Shown: positions 17,276-27,016, counted from the first letter of the stretch. The stretch is DNA of 64,000 nt from Acidimicrobiales bacterium (GCA_035697145.1 DASSDL010000141.1:13281-77280), one strand, 5' to 3'. The notes: generated by a model from the sequence alone, not told the origin. A program made the numbers and translations.

Positions 17276-17968
17276 TCAGAACGTGAACGCCGACGGGCAG
17301 ATGTCGGCCAGAACGCAGGCGTCGCAGCGGGGCTTGCGCGACGTGCACACCCGGCGACCGTGCAGGATGAGGCGCAGGCTGAGGGCGCCCCGCTCGTCGG
17401 CACGCACCATGGGATTGAGCTCGAGCTCGACCTTCACCGGGTCGGTCTGCTCGGTGAGCCCGAGCCGGCGCGACAGCCGCAGCACGTGGGTGTCGACCGG
17501 TAGGCCGGGCTCGCCGAGGGCCACGCTGCGCACCACGTTGCCGGTCTTGCGGCCCACACCCGGCAGCGTGACCAGATCGGACAGCTTGTGCGGCACCTCG
17601 CCACCGAACCGCTCGACCAGCGCCGCCGCCATCCCCATCAGGCTGCGCGTCTTGTTGCGGAAGAACCCGGTCGACTGGATGATCGTCTCGAGCTCGGCCG
17701 GATCGGCGGCCGCCAGGTCCGCCGGCCGCGGGTACTTGGCGAAGACCGCCGGGGTCACCATGTTGACCCGCTCGTCGGTGGTCTGCGCCGACAGGATCGT
17801 CGCCACCAGCAGCTCATAAGGGTTGGAGTGGTCGAGCGCGCACAGCTCGGTCGCCGTCCCCGGATACTCCTCGGCGAGCCGGTCGGCGACGACCCGGGCA
17901 CGTCCCTTGGGGCTGCGGGGCCGACCGCCGCTCACTTGTCCCGACGTCCGCTCATCGAGTGCGGACAC
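17276..17968 (-). CDS. nth: endonuclease III
   Basis: HhH-GPD fold: ILSAQTTDERVN, LPGVGRKTGNVV, a catalytic D in PVDTHV, and the [4Fe-4S] cluster loop CTSRKPRCDACVLADIC. Confidence 0.93.
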   Translation of the reverse strand: MSALDERTSGQVSGGRPRSPKGRARVVADRLAEEYPGTATELCALDHSNPYELLVATILSAQTTDERVNMVTPAVFAKYPRPADLAAADPAELETIIQSTGFFRNKTRSLMGMAAALVERFGGEVPHKLSDLVTLPGVGRKTGNVVRSVALGEPGLPVDTHVLRLSRRLGLTEQTDPVKVELELNPMVRADERGALSLRLILHGRRVCTSRKPRCDACVLADICPSAFTF

Positions 17969-18020
17969 TACCGGCCGAGCATCGCGCCCCCGAGCGGCCC
18001 GGGCCTGCTACACAGCCCCC

Positions 18021-19277
18021 ATGGCACTGCGGCCACCTGCGTTGCCCGCGGCGCTCGCGGCCACACTGCTCGTGGTCGCCGTCGGCGGCGTCCGCCCCGA
18101 GCCGGCCGCCGAGCCCGCGGGCGCCGCCGCCCGGTTCTTGCCGGGGATGACCGAGCTCCCCGGCCGCAACGAGCCCCGCCGCCTCGACGAGCGCGCGGCC
18201 GCAATTGCCAGGGCGAACGCGGCGTACGCGGCCGAGCATCCCCGGACGTTCACGCTGGTGGCCACCGGCGACGTGCTGCTCCACACCGCACTCTGGGATC
18301 AGGCGCGCGCCGACGCCGCCGCTGCGGGCAACCCCGGCGGCCACGACTTCGGTCCCATGCTCGCGGGCATCCGACCGGTGGTGAGCGGGGCCGACGTGGC
18401 GATCTGCCACATGGAGACGCCGGTCGCCCAGCCCGGCGGGCCGTTCTCGAGCTATCCCAGCTTCTCCGTGCCCCCGGAGATCGCCCCGGCGCTGGCCGCC
18501 ACCGGCTACGACGCCTGCACGACGGCGTCCAACCACACGTACGACCGGGGCGCGGACGGTGTGAAGCGGACCCTCGACGCGCTCGACGCCGCCGGCATGC
18601 GCCACGCGGGGTCTGCCCGAACCCCACAGGAGGCCGGCACCACCACCCTGCTCGATGTCGAGGGGGTCAGGCTGGCGTTGCTCTCGTACACCTTCGGCTT
18701 CAACGGCATACCCGCCCCCGGCGGCCAGACCTGGCGGTCGAACCCCATCGACGAGCGCCGGATCCTCACCGACGCCAACCTGGCCCGGCGGCGGGGCGCC
18801 GAGGTCGTCGCGGTGGCCCTGCACTGGGGCGACGAGTACAACCACGACCCCAACGGCCAGCAGCAGGCGCTGGCCCCGAGGCTCATCCGGTCACCGGACA
18901 TCGACCTGCTGCTGGGCCATCACGCCCACGTCGTTCAACCGATCGAAGCCATCGACGACGAGTGGGTCGTGTACGGCATGGGCAACCTGGTGTCCAACCA
19001 GGGCTCCCAGGGCCCCGACAAGCTGGAGGGGCTGCTGGTGCGGTTCACGTTCGCGGAGCAGCCCGACGGCCGCTGGCGGGTCACCAACGCAGAGTTCTCG
19101 GGGGTGCTCACCGACGACCGCGGACCGATCCGGGTGTTCGACGTCCGGCGGGCGCTCGCCGATCCCGCGACGGACCCGAGCCTCCGCCCCCGGCTGCAGA
19201 CCGCCTGGCATCGCACCGCCACGATCGCCGCGGCGCGCGGGGCCCCGTCCCACGGTTTGCGCCCGATCACCCAGTAG
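18021..19277 (+). CDS. CapA-family (metallophosphatase-like) secreted protein
   Basis: ATG 18021 gives a signal-like start (MALRPPALPAALAATLLVVAVGG). CapA-type motifs are present: LVATGDVLLH, ADVAICHMETP, TASNHTYDRG, HWGDEY, LLLGHHAHVVQP. Confidence 0.8.
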   Translation: MALRPPALPAALAATLLVVAVGGVRPEPAAEPAGAAARFLPGMTELPGRNEPRRLDERAAAIARANAAYAAEHPRTFTLVATGDVLLHTALWDQARADAAAAGNPGGHDFGPMLAGIRPVVSGADVAICHMETPVAQPGGPFSSYPSFSVPPEIAPALAATGYDACTTASNHTYDRGADGVKRTLDALDAAGMRHAGSARTPQEAGTTTLLDVEGVRLALLSYTFGFNGIPAPGGQTWRSNPIDERRILTDANLARRRGAEVVAVALHWGDEYNHDPNGQQQALAPRLIRSPDIDLLLGHHAHVVQPIEAIDDEWVVYGMGNLVSNQGSQGPDKLEGLLVRFTFAEQPDGRWRVTNAEFSGVLTDDRGPIRVFDVRRALADPATDPSLRPRLQTAWHRTATIAAARGAPSHGLRPITQ

Positions 19278-19317
19278 GGCCCGCCCGGAATCCGGCGCCA
19301 GCACTTAGCCTCGGTGC

Positions 19318-20232
19318 GTGCGGCAACTCGAGGTCAAGCGGCAGCTCTCTCCCGCCGACATCGAGGCGGTCAGCGCCCTGGTCCGGGCGGCCGAGCGGGC
19401 CGACGGCCACCAGCCCCTCGACGAGCACCGCTTCCTCGACGCTGCCGTCGGCGGCGGCCACGACTTCGCCGGGCTGCTGGCCTGGCCACCCGGGCTCGAC
19501 CATCCCGTTGCCTATGCCAACGTCATTCGGGGTGACCGGCGCTGGGAGCTGGAGCTGGTGGTCGATCCCGAGCACCGCCGCGAGCTCGACACCATCGGCC
19601 CGACCATGCTTTCGGCGGCGCTCGACGTGGTGGGGCAGGAGGGCGGCGGCCACGTCCACCTGTGGGTCTACAAGCCGACCCCGGCGCACGACCGCATGGC
19701 CGAGGCGGTCGGGCTGGCCCCGGGGCGCGACCTCTGGCAGCTCCGCCGACCCCTCCCGGTGGGCGAGCCGTACACCCTCGAGACCCGGCCATTCGAGGTC
19801 GGCCGGGACGAACAGGCATGGCTCGAGGTCAACAATCGGGCCTTCGACTGGCACCCGGAGCAGGGCGGGTGGACCCTTGACGACCTGCGCAGCCGCGAGG
19901 CGGAGCCGTGGTTCGATCCCGCCGGCTTCCTGCTGCACGAACGGGACGGGCGGCTGGCCGGCTTCTGCTGGACCAAGGTGCACGCCGACCACGATCCGCC
20001 ACTGGGGGAGATCTACGTGATCGCCGTCGACCCCGCCATCCATCGTCGGGGTTTGGGCCGGGCCCTGGCTCTCGCCGGGCTGGACCACCTTGCCGGCAAG
20101 GGGCTGAGGGTCGGCATGCTGTACGTCGACGCCACCAACGGGCCGGCCAACAAGCTGTACGCCGACCTGGGCTTCAGCCGCGACCACACCGACCGCGCCT
20201 ACGTCGGTGACGTTCCGGGCGGCTCCGGCTAG
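19318..20232 (+). CDS. mshD: mycothiol synthase (tandem GNAT)
   Basis: 304-aa ORF with two GNAT halves. The N-terminus (LSPADIEAVSALVRAAERADGHQPLDEH) and C-terminal half (GEIYVIAVDPAIHRRGLGRALALAGLDHL..MLYVDATNGPANKLYADLGF) match the MshD architecture. Confidence 0.85.
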   Translation: MRQLEVKRQLSPADIEAVSALVRAAERADGHQPLDEHRFLDAAVGGGHDFAGLLAWPPGLDHPVAYANVIRGDRRWELELVVDPEHRRELDTIGPTMLSAALDVVGQEGGGHVHLWVYKPTPAHDRMAEAVGLAPGRDLWQLRRPLPVGEPYTLETRPFEVGRDEQAWLEVNNRAFDWHPEQGGWTLDDLRSREAEPWFDPAGFLLHERDGRLAGFCWTKVHADHDPPLGEIYVIAVDPAIHRRGLGRALALAGLDHLAGKGLRVGMLYVDATNGPANKLYADLGFSRDHTDRAYVGDVPGGSG

Positions 20233-21068
20233 CCGGTACCTACCCCGAGGGCGTTGCCGATCCCGAACGTGATCAGGGCCGGCACCACCGTGAACAGCAC
20301 CTGGCGGGCGATCGCCCGGGCAATCGGCCGCTCGGTGGAGCGGCCGATGAGCCACCCGACCACCGCCGCCGCCAGCACGCCGAGGACCAGGGACGCCACC
20401 TTGGCGGCGTTCCCGGTCGTCACGAACCACGGGACCAGCGGGACCAGCGCGCCGACGGAGAACGACACGAACGACGACGCCGCCGCCGCCAGCGGCGAGC
20501 CGAGCTGCTGGGGATCGATGCCCAGCTCCTCCCGGGCGTGGGCCTCGAGCGCCACATCGGGATCACTCATCATGGCCTCGGCCACGTGGCGTGCCTGCTC
20601 CGGGGCGAGGCCGCGCTGCTCGTAGATGTCGGCCAGCTCGCGGGTCTCGTGCTCGGGGCGGCGCCGCAGCTCGCGGGCCTCGATCCGCAGCTCCCGTAGC
20701 AGCAACTCGGACTGGACGCGCATGGAGTTGTACTCGCCGGCCGCCATGGAGATGGCGCCGGCGATGAGCCCGGCGACGCCGGCCAGGCGGACCACGGCCG
20801 GCTGGGGATCGGCCCCGGCCACGCCCAGGATCAGGCCCATGTTGCTGACCAACCCGTCGCTGACCCCGAAGACCGCAGCCCGCAGCGCACCGCCCTGGAT
20901 GTTCCGATGGTGGAACTCCGGATGCGCAGAGGCGGCGCCGATGCGGCGCCCGGCGGCGGCCCGGGGCCGCGCCGAGTCGGCATCGGTGATCCGCCAGAAC
21001 GAGGGCACGTCCGCACCGTACCGGGGGGCGGCCACTCCGTTCCGCCGTACCCTGGCGATCGTGCCCAC
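20229..21068 (-). CDS. VIT1/CCC1-family iron/manganese transporter
   Basis: LRAAVFGVSDGLVSNMGLILGVAGA, followed by a cytoplasmic helical stretch and C-terminal TM helices. The start is uncertain, because the annotated extreme overlaps the rlmN start. Confidence 0.8.
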   Translation of the reverse strand: MGTIARVRRNGVAAPRYGADVPSFWRITDADSARPRAAAGRRIGAASAHPEFHHRNIQGGALRAAVFGVSDGLVSNMGLILGVAGADPQPAVVRLAGVAGLIAGAISMAAGEYNSMRVQSELLLRELRIEARELRRRPEHETRELADIYEQRGLAPEQARHVAEAMMSDPDVALEAHAREELGIDPQQLGSPLAAAASSFVSFSVGALVPLVPWFVTTGNAAKVASLVLGVLAAAVVGWLIGRSTERPIARAIARQVLFTVVPALITFGIGNALGVGTG

Positions 21069-22179
21069 CCGCTACGACCTCGATCGCGACGCGCTCGCCA
21101 GGCTCCTGGCCGACCAGCCGCGCTACCGGGTCGACCAGGTGTGGGACGGCCTCTACCGCCAGCTGACGTCGCCCGTCGAGCTGACCGCCCTGCCCCTGAC
21201 CCTGCGATCCCGGCTCGACGACGACCTGCCGGCGGCGCTCTCCCGTGTGACCGAGTCGATCGACCGGTCCGGCGACACCGTGAAGTGGCTGTTCGGGCTT
21301 GAAGGGGGTGCCCACATCGAGACGGTGCTGATGCACTACCGCGACCGCACGACCGTGTGTGTCTCGACCCAGGCGGGATGCGCCATGGCGTGCGGGTTCT
21401 GCGCCACGGGACAGGGCGGCTTCGAGCGCCACCTCAGCACCGGCGAGATCGTCGAGCAGATCGTGCGCGCCGCCCGCCGGGCCCGCGACGACGGCCGGCG
21501 ACTGGGCAACGTCGTGTTCATGGGCATGGGTGAGCCCCTCGCCAACTACGACCGCGTGTGGGCCGCCGTCGAGCGCGCGCATGGCGACCTCGGCCTGTCG
21601 GCCCGCCACGTCACGGTGTCGACCGTGGGGCTGGTGCCCGGGATCCGCCGGCTGGCGACCGAGGACCTGCCGGTGAACCTGGCGGTCTCGTTGCACGCCG
21701 CCAACGACGCCCTGCGTGACGAGTTGGTGCCGATCAACCGGCGCTACCCCCTCAGCGTGCTCGCCGGCGCGTGCGCCGACTACCTGCGGGCCAAGGGTCG
21801 TCGGCTCTCCGTCGAGTGGGCGCTGATCGACGGCACCAACGACCGGCGCACCGACGCCCGCGAGTTGGCCGACCTGGCCCGCGCGCTGCCGCTGCCCGCC
21901 CACGTGAACCTCATCCCGCTCAACCCCACGCCGGGCTACGCGACCCGCGGCACCCCGCCGGCCGGTGTCCGCCGGTTCCGCCAATGGCTGCAGGACCTGG
22001 GCGTCAACGCCACCGTGCGGCGCAACCGCGGCACCGACATCGACGCCGCCTGCGGCCAGCTCGCGGCCCCGGCCCGGGCCAGGTCTCCCGCTCCCACGAC
22101 TGCTCGCACCGGTGGAGCGGGCAGCATGGTCGAGCTCCGCCCCTCGCAGGTGGGCCCGGTCACCGCACCAGCACCGTGA
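21061..22179 (+). CDS. rlmN: 23S rRNA/tRNA (adenine-C2)-methyltransferase, radical SAM
   Basis: GTG 21061 gives VPTRYDL..QPRYRVDQVW. Radical-SAM motif CAMACGFCATG, plus MGMGEPLANYD and the C-terminal C in IDAACGQL. Confidence 0.93.
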   Translation: MPTRYDLDRDALARLLADQPRYRVDQVWDGLYRQLTSPVELTALPLTLRSRLDDDLPAALSRVTESIDRSGDTVKWLFGLEGGAHIETVLMHYRDRTTVCVSTQAGCAMACGFCATGQGGFERHLSTGEIVEQIVRAARRARDDGRRLGNVVFMGMGEPLANYDRVWAAVERAHGDLGLSARHVTVSTVGLVPGIRRLATEDLPVNLAVSLHAANDALRDELVPINRRYPLSVLAGACADYLRAKGRRLSVEWALIDGTNDRRTDARELADLARALPLPAHVNLIPLNPTPGYATRGTPPAGVRRFRQWLQDLGVNATVRRNRGTDIDAACGQLAAPARARSPAPTTARTGGAGSMVELRPSQVGPVTAPAP

Positions 22180-22933
22180 CGTCGTCGCCGGCACGAACGG
22201 CGTCCACCAGCCGCTCCCGGGCCCGCACCCGGGCGCCCGGCCAGATCACCGAGCGCACCACCTCACCGTCCACCCGGGCGCCGGTGCCGATCACCGAGGC
22301 GCCGCCACTGGCGGCGAGGTTCGCGGCCAAGTAACGGGCCGGTGTCCCGCAGTCGAGGCACGGCCCGTCCCAGCGGACGACGTCGATCTCGTCCGCAGCC
22401 GCCAACGCTCGCCACGACGCCTCGTAGAGCCCCGACGGCGCCGCCGGCAGTTGCGCCACCTCCCGCCACGGCATGAGGGCGGCGGCGATGCGGCTCGCGG
22501 GGCCCAGCCGCTCGTCCGCGGCGGTCACCGCCAGGCTCACCCGCGTGCGGTCGGCACCGGCGACGAAGCCGGCGAGCGAGCCGGGGCACCACGTGTCGCC
22601 GTTGAGGACCAGGGTCGCTCGGCCGTCGATCCACGGCCGGAGCTGTCCGAGGGCTCCGGCGGTGCCGAGCGCCCGCGGCTCCTCGACCGACACGTGGACG
22701 CGGCCGTCGAGGTGCGCCTCGATGGCCTGGCGGGCGTGATGAACGTTGACGGCGATGGCGGCCGTGGCGGAGCGGGCCCTGTCGAGCGCGTGATCGATGA
22801 GCGGCACCCCGTCCACCGGGCATAGCGGCTTGGGTAGCACCCGCGTCAGCGGGCGCAGCCTCGCCCCCTCGCCGGCCGCCAGGATCACGGCGCACAGCTC
22901 GGTTGCGCCTGCGCTCGGGAAATCGGGCATCAT
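22160..22933 (-). CDS. NTP-transferase-domain protein (sugar-phosphate nucleotidyltransferase-like)
   Basis: AVILAAGEGARLRPLTRVLPKPLCPV is the N-terminal G-x-G-x-R-L nucleotidyltransferase motif. I prefer a start at 22933 or 22930 (MMPDF/MPDF). The longer track start would overlap the divergent MaoC gene start. Confidence 0.75.
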   Translation of the reverse strand: MMPDFPSAGATELCAVILAAGEGARLRPLTRVLPKPLCPVDGVPLIDHALDRARSATAAIAVNVHHARQAIEAHLDGRVHVSVEEPRALGTAGALGQLRPWIDGRATLVLNGDTWCPGSLAGFVAGADRTRVSLAVTAADERLGPASRIAAALMPWREVAQLPAAPSGLYEASWRALAAADEIDVVRWDGPCLDCGTPARYLAANLAASGGASVIGTGARVDGEVVRSVIWPGARVRARERLVDAVRAGDDVTVLVR

Positions 22934-22940
22934 CGCCTCC

Positions 22941-23429
22941 ATGACGGTCAACCCTCGGGGGCTGCGCTCATTGACCACCATCGTGCAGGGAATCGGCGGG
23001 TTGCGGGACCTCGTGGGCCAGCACCTCGGCTACAGCGACTACGTCGAGATCACGCAGGAGCATGTGAACCTGTTCGCCGACGCCACCGGCGACCACCAAT
23101 GGATCCACGTGGACGTCGAGCGAGCCAAGCGTGAGAGCCCGTTCGGGGGCCCCATCGCGCACGGCTACCTGACCCTGGCGCTCGGGCCGCGGCTGGCCCC
23201 CCAGGTGGCGCGGGTCGAGGGCATCAAGATGGCCGTGAACTACGGCTGCGACAAGGTGCGATTCCCATCGCCCGTGCCCGTGGGGTCGAAGCTACGGCTC
23301 GGCATCGAGCTGCTAGAGGTCAGCGAGATCGCAGGCGGTGCGCAGGTGAAGGAGCGGTTCACGTTCGAGGTCGAGGGCGCCGCCAAGCCGGCCTGCGTGG
23401 CCGAGAACCTGTTCCGCTACTACGAGTAG
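22941..23429 (+). CDS. MaoC-like (R)-hydratase/dehydratase hotdog protein
   Basis: ATG 22941. FADATGDHQWIHVDVERAK.ESPFGGPIAHGYLTL is the MaoC hydratase motif. Confidence 0.85.
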   Translation: MTVNPRGLRSLTTIVQGIGGLRDLVGQHLGYSDYVEITQEHVNLFADATGDHQWIHVDVERAKRESPFGGPIAHGYLTLALGPRLAPQVARVEGIKMAVNYGCDKVRFPSPVPVGSKLRLGIELLEVSEIAGGAQVKERFTFEVEGAAKPACVAENLFRYYE

Positions 23430-23480
23430 TCATCCGGCAGGAGCCTCTGCCCCCGCGCACCACTGCCCCGACGCGCACGT

Positions 23481-24872
23481 CTACGCGGAAAGGCGAGACC
23501 GGACCGCCGCCCAGCCGGGCAGCGCCCGCACGCTCGCCAGGTCGGGTTCGCCGTCCAGCAAACCCGGGGCGTGGAAGCCGGCGTCGACCGCCGACTCCAC
23601 CCAGCGCAGGGCCTCGTCGGGCTCGCCCGCCCGGGCCCACGAGCACGCGACCTCGAACGCCGTCTGGGGCGGGCTCTGCGGGCCGGCCGCGAACACCTGC
23701 TCGCCGACCTCCGCCGCCGCCCGGAACCGCTCGGCGTAGTGCAGGTGGGTCTGCAGGCCGCTCGCCGCCTCGATGCCCGACCCTCCCGACGCCACGAGCC
23801 GCGCCGCCACCGGCACCGCCCGACCCCGGTCGGCCAGCAGCGTGGCGGGTACCAGGTTGGGCGGTCCGCCGGGATCCTGGCCGTAGGCGGCCTCGAACAG
23901 GTCGTCGGCCATCTCCAGCGGGCCGGTCAGCAGGGCGATGCTGGCCCGCAGGAAGGCGTTTCCGCCCCCGCCGGCCTGGCGCATGATCGCCGCCGCCCGG
24001 TCGCCCTCGCCGGCGCGCAGGGCATTCCACGCCCGGGTCTCGGCCTCGGCGGTCGACGCCCGGGGCGTGAGGTCGGGTAGGGCGGCTGCCCCCGGGGGCC
24101 TGACGACCTGCAGGTTGGGGCTCCCCCGCCGTCTCATGCGGCGACCGAAGCCGCGGCCCGCCCCCGATCGGCTGCCGCCCTCCGGGGCATCGACGTCGAA
24201 CACGCCCGTGCGTTGGCCGGCGCGCAGCTCCTGGAAGTTCATATAGGCGAAGAGCCCGAAGAACAGCAGGCCGAACAGGCCGATGAACGACGCCCGGTAG
24301 GCGAGGAACCCGGCGACGATGGCGGCACCGATCGAGAGCTTGCACGCGTTCTGGAAGCCAACCAGCTCCTCGGCCACGTGCCCGCCGTCGAGCGGCCGGA
24401 TCGGCAGCAGGTTGAACACGGCCCACCAGATGCTGACCCACTGCATGTAGTAGAGAACCGGCGCCCAGCTGAAGAACCCCTGGTCGAACGCGTAGTCGAT
24501 GCGCTGCTGCTCGCCCCAGTCGGTCCTGTAGAACACGTAGTGAGCCGGCAGACCGAGCACCACCAGCTGCGTCAACGCACCGGAGAGGCTCACCAGGATC
24601 GACTTGGGCTTGCTGAGCGCCCGCCGGCCCCCGCCGGTGGGCACCGTGAAGCCACCGAAGCCGTGCAACACGATCGCCGAGCGTTGGCCGAGCAGCCGGT
24701 ACGTCACCGCGTGGCCCAGCTCGTGGACGAGCACGGACACGAACACGATCACGGCGAACGCGAAAACCACCCACAGCGGCTCGAGGCGGATGCCGAAGAG
24801 GAACGCGACGACGACGAAGAACGGCTCGACCCGCACGGGGATGCCGAAGATCCGGAAATGCGCCCTTGCCAC
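23481..24872 (-). CDS. M50 (site-2 protease family) membrane metalloprotease with C-terminal TPR-like domain
   Basis: HELGH zinc motif in VLVHELGHAVTY, multiple TM helices, a second-site NLLPIRPLDGG, and a helical repeat-rich C-terminus. GTG 24872 is the proposed start (VARAHFRIFGIPV). Confidence 0.8.
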   Translation of the reverse strand: MARAHFRIFGIPVRVEPFFVVVAFLFGIRLEPLWVVFAFAVIVFVSVLVHELGHAVTYRLLGQRSAIVLHGFGGFTVPTGGGRRALSKPKSILVSLSGALTQLVVLGLPAHYVFYRTDWGEQQRIDYAFDQGFFSWAPVLYYMQWVSIWWAVFNLLPIRPLDGGHVAEELVGFQNACKLSIGAAIVAGFLAYRASFIGLFGLLFFGLFAYMNFQELRAGQRTGVFDVDAPEGGSRSGAGRGFGRRMRRRGSPNLQVVRPPGAAALPDLTPRASTAEAETRAWNALRAGEGDRAAAIMRQAGGGGNAFLRASIALLTGPLEMADDLFEAAYGQDPGGPPNLVPATLLADRGRAVPVAARLVASGGSGIEAASGLQTHLHYAERFRAAAEVGEQVFAAGPQSPPQTAFEVACSWARAGEPDEALRWVESAVDAGFHAPGLLDGEPDLASVRALPGWAAVRSRLSA

Positions 24873-24930
24873 AAAGGCAGCGTAGGCGCGGCCGCTGCCG
24901 ACCACGTGATCGACCGGGCACCCCCGTACG

Positions 24931-25644
24931 ATGCGGCCGATGGCCGCCGCCCGGATGCCCGAGACCCTGCCCGAGGGGGACGAGAAGGTCCGGGCGGTGC
25001 GGGGCATGTTCGACGCCATCGCCCCCCGCTACGACCTGGTCAACCGCGTCATGACGTTCCGGATGGACGTCGGCTGGCGGCGGCGAGCGGTCGGGTCGTT
25101 GGCCCTGCGGCCGGGATCCACGGTTGCCGACCTGGCGTGCGGCACGGGCGACCTGTGCCGCGAGCTGGCGTCCGCCGGGCTGGCGCCGCTGGGGATCGAC
25201 CTGTCGTTCGGCATGCTGGCAGCGGCCCGCACCGGCGCCCCGCTGGTCCAGGGCGACGCCCTGCGCCTGCCCCTGCGGGCCGGGTCGGTCGACGGCGTCA
25301 CCTGCGGCTTTGCCCTGCGCAACCTGGTGGCCCTGGCGCCGTTCTTCGCCGAACTGGCGCGGGTGCTGCGCCCCGCCGGGCGCATCGCCCTGCTCGAGGT
25401 GGCGACGCCGCCCAACCGCCTCCTGCGCTGGGGCCACGGCGCGTACTTCGGCAGGGTGGTGCCGGTCATCGGGGGCCTGCTCTCCGATGGCTCGGCCTAC
25501 CGCTACCTACCCCGCTCCGTCGCGTACCTGCCCGCGCCGGACGACATGCGCCGGATGATCGCCGACGCCGGCTTCGTCGACGTCGACCGGCGCCTGCTGT
25601 CCGGAGGCATCGCCCAGCTCATCCTCGCCACGAGGGCATCGTGA
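24931..25644 (+). CDS. menG: demethylmenaquinone methyltransferase (UbiE/MenG family)
   Basis: V..MFD.IAPRYDLVNRVMTF..WRR, plus the SAM motif VADLACGTGD. Adjacent to other men genes. Confidence 0.9.
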   Translation: MRPMAAARMPETLPEGDEKVRAVRGMFDAIAPRYDLVNRVMTFRMDVGWRRRAVGSLALRPGSTVADLACGTGDLCRELASAGLAPLGIDLSFGMLAAARTGAPLVQGDALRLPLRAGSVDGVTCGFALRNLVALAPFFAELARVLRPAGRIALLEVATPPNRLLRWGHGAYFGRVVPVIGGLLSDGSAYRYLPRSVAYLPAPDDMRRMIADAGFVDVDRRLLSGGIAQLILATRAS

Positions 25645-26867
25645 CCGCCTTGCTGGCGCGGACCCGCCGGCTCGACGCCGACGTCGACCTGCTGGGGTTC
25701 GCCGGGCGGGACGGGATGCTCTTCGAGCGGGGACGATCGGGGCTCGCAGGCCGGGGCTGTGCCGCCCGGCTGCCGTGGCCCGGTGGCTATCCGGCGGCAG
25801 CCGCGGGGACGGTGGCCGAGGTCCTGGCCGGCATCGAGGTCGACGACGAGGTGAGGCTGCCCGGCTGCGGGCCCGTGGGCTTCGGGACGTTGCCGTTCAC
25901 GCCGGGGGCGTCCAGCGAGCTGGTTGTTCCCGCCGTCGTCGCCGGGCGCGCCGACGACGGCACCCGGTGGATCACCACGATCGGCGAAGCTGCACCCGAC
26001 GCCGACCCTCCGGACCTCGGGGCCGAGGTCGAGCGGCTCCCGGCGGTGCGCCGGTTCACGGTGACTGCGCAGCGCGACCCCGAGGACTGGTGCGCCCTGG
26101 TCGAGCGGGCCACGAAGGCCATGGCGGGCGGCACCCTGCACAAGGTCGTGCTTGCCCGGCAGATCGACATCGCCGCCGACCGGCCCATCGACCGGCTCGC
26201 AGTGCTCGAGCGGCTGAGGTCGGCCTATCCGGGCTGCCACCTCGTCTCGATCGCAGGCTTCGTGGCCGCCAGTCCCGAGCTGCTGGTGTCGGTGGCCGGC
26301 GACATCGTCCGCTCCCATCCCATGGCCGGCACCGCGCCCCGGGGCGGCGACCCCACCACCGATCAGCGGCTGGCGGCATCGTTGCTCGCCTCGTCCAAGG
26401 ACCGCCAGGAGCACCAGATCACCATCGACATGGTCCACGACACACTGCTGCCGTGGTGCTCGTACCTCGACTACGAGGCCGAGCCCTCGGTGGTGGCGGT
26501 GGCCAACGTCCAGCACCTGGCGACGATGGTGGAGGGACGCCTGTCGCAGCCGGCGCCCTCGGTGCTGGAGCTGGTGGCGGCGCTGCATCCCACCCCCGCC
26601 GTGGCCGGCTGGCCCCGAGACGAGGCCGTGGCGTGGATCGCCGAGCACGAGGGCTTCGACCGCCGGCGCTACGCCGGCACCGCCGGCTGGGTCGACTCCG
26701 CCGGCAACGGCACCTGGGCCGTGTCCGTCCGGTGCGCCGAGGTCGACGGGTCGGCGGCCCGAGTGTGGGCCGGGAACGGCATCGTCGCCGACAGCGATCC
26801 GTCCACGGAGCTCGCCGAGACCCGGTCCAAGCTCCAGGCCCTGCTGTCGGCGATCGTGCGGCCGTAG
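25641..26867 (+). CDS. menF: isochorismate synthase
   Basis: GTG 25641 overlaps the menG stop. Chorismate-binding core: KVVLARQ, ASPELLVSV, HPMAGT.PRG, LHPTPAV.G.P, RRRYAG..GWVDS.GNG.W.V.VRCA. Confidence 0.88.
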   Translation: MTALLARTRRLDADVDLLGFAGRDGMLFERGRSGLAGRGCAARLPWPGGYPAAAAGTVAEVLAGIEVDDEVRLPGCGPVGFGTLPFTPGASSELVVPAVVAGRADDGTRWITTIGEAAPDADPPDLGAEVERLPAVRRFTVTAQRDPEDWCALVERATKAMAGGTLHKVVLARQIDIAADRPIDRLAVLERLRSAYPGCHLVSIAGFVAASPELLVSVAGDIVRSHPMAGTAPRGGDPTTDQRLAASLLASSKDRQEHQITIDMVHDTLLPWCSYLDYEAEPSVVAVANVQHLATMVEGRLSQPAPSVLELVAALHPTPAVAGWPRDEAVAWIAEHEGFDRRRYAGTAGWVDSAGNGTWAVSVRCAEVDGSAARVWAGNGIVADSDPSTELAETRSKLQALLSAIVRP

Positions 26868-26868
26868 T

Positions 26869-27015
26869 TGCCTATCCGCGCACGTAGAGGCCCAGCGGAT
26901 AGGGCGTTCCGCAGGCACCCGCGTGGGAATTTGCTGTCGGATCGCAGCTCAACAGCTGGGCCTCCCAGCAGCGCTGACCACCGAGCGCCAGGATGACATG
27001 CCTATCCGCGCACGT
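26869..27015. repeat. intergenic repeat element copy A (126-nt core 26890-27015 plus an extra 17-nt end copy at 26869-26885)
   Basis: A perfect 17-nt direct repeat TGCCTATCCGCGCACGT occurs at 26869-26885 and 26999-27015. An inverted partner GCGGATAGG lies at 26895-26903. The core is alignable with 50331-50457. Confidence 0.7.
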
Positions 27016-27016
27016 T

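Noticed and set aside
19910-19919. GGTTCGATCC, resembling a tRNA T-arm.
   Set aside because: It lies inside the mshD reading frame (..EPWFDPAG..). I could find no flanking acceptor, D-arm or anticodon-arm structure. No tRNA is called anywhere in the window.
22940-22943. Head-to-head start codons sharing CATG (plus-strand ATG 22941 of the MaoC gene and minus-strand ATG 22942 of the nucleotidyltransferase ORF).
   Set aside because: The overlap disappears if the nucleotidyltransferase starts at the next in-frame ATG (22933 or 22930), which also fits the family's usual N-terminus. This is most likely just closely spaced, possibly leaderless, divergent genes rather than a special feature.
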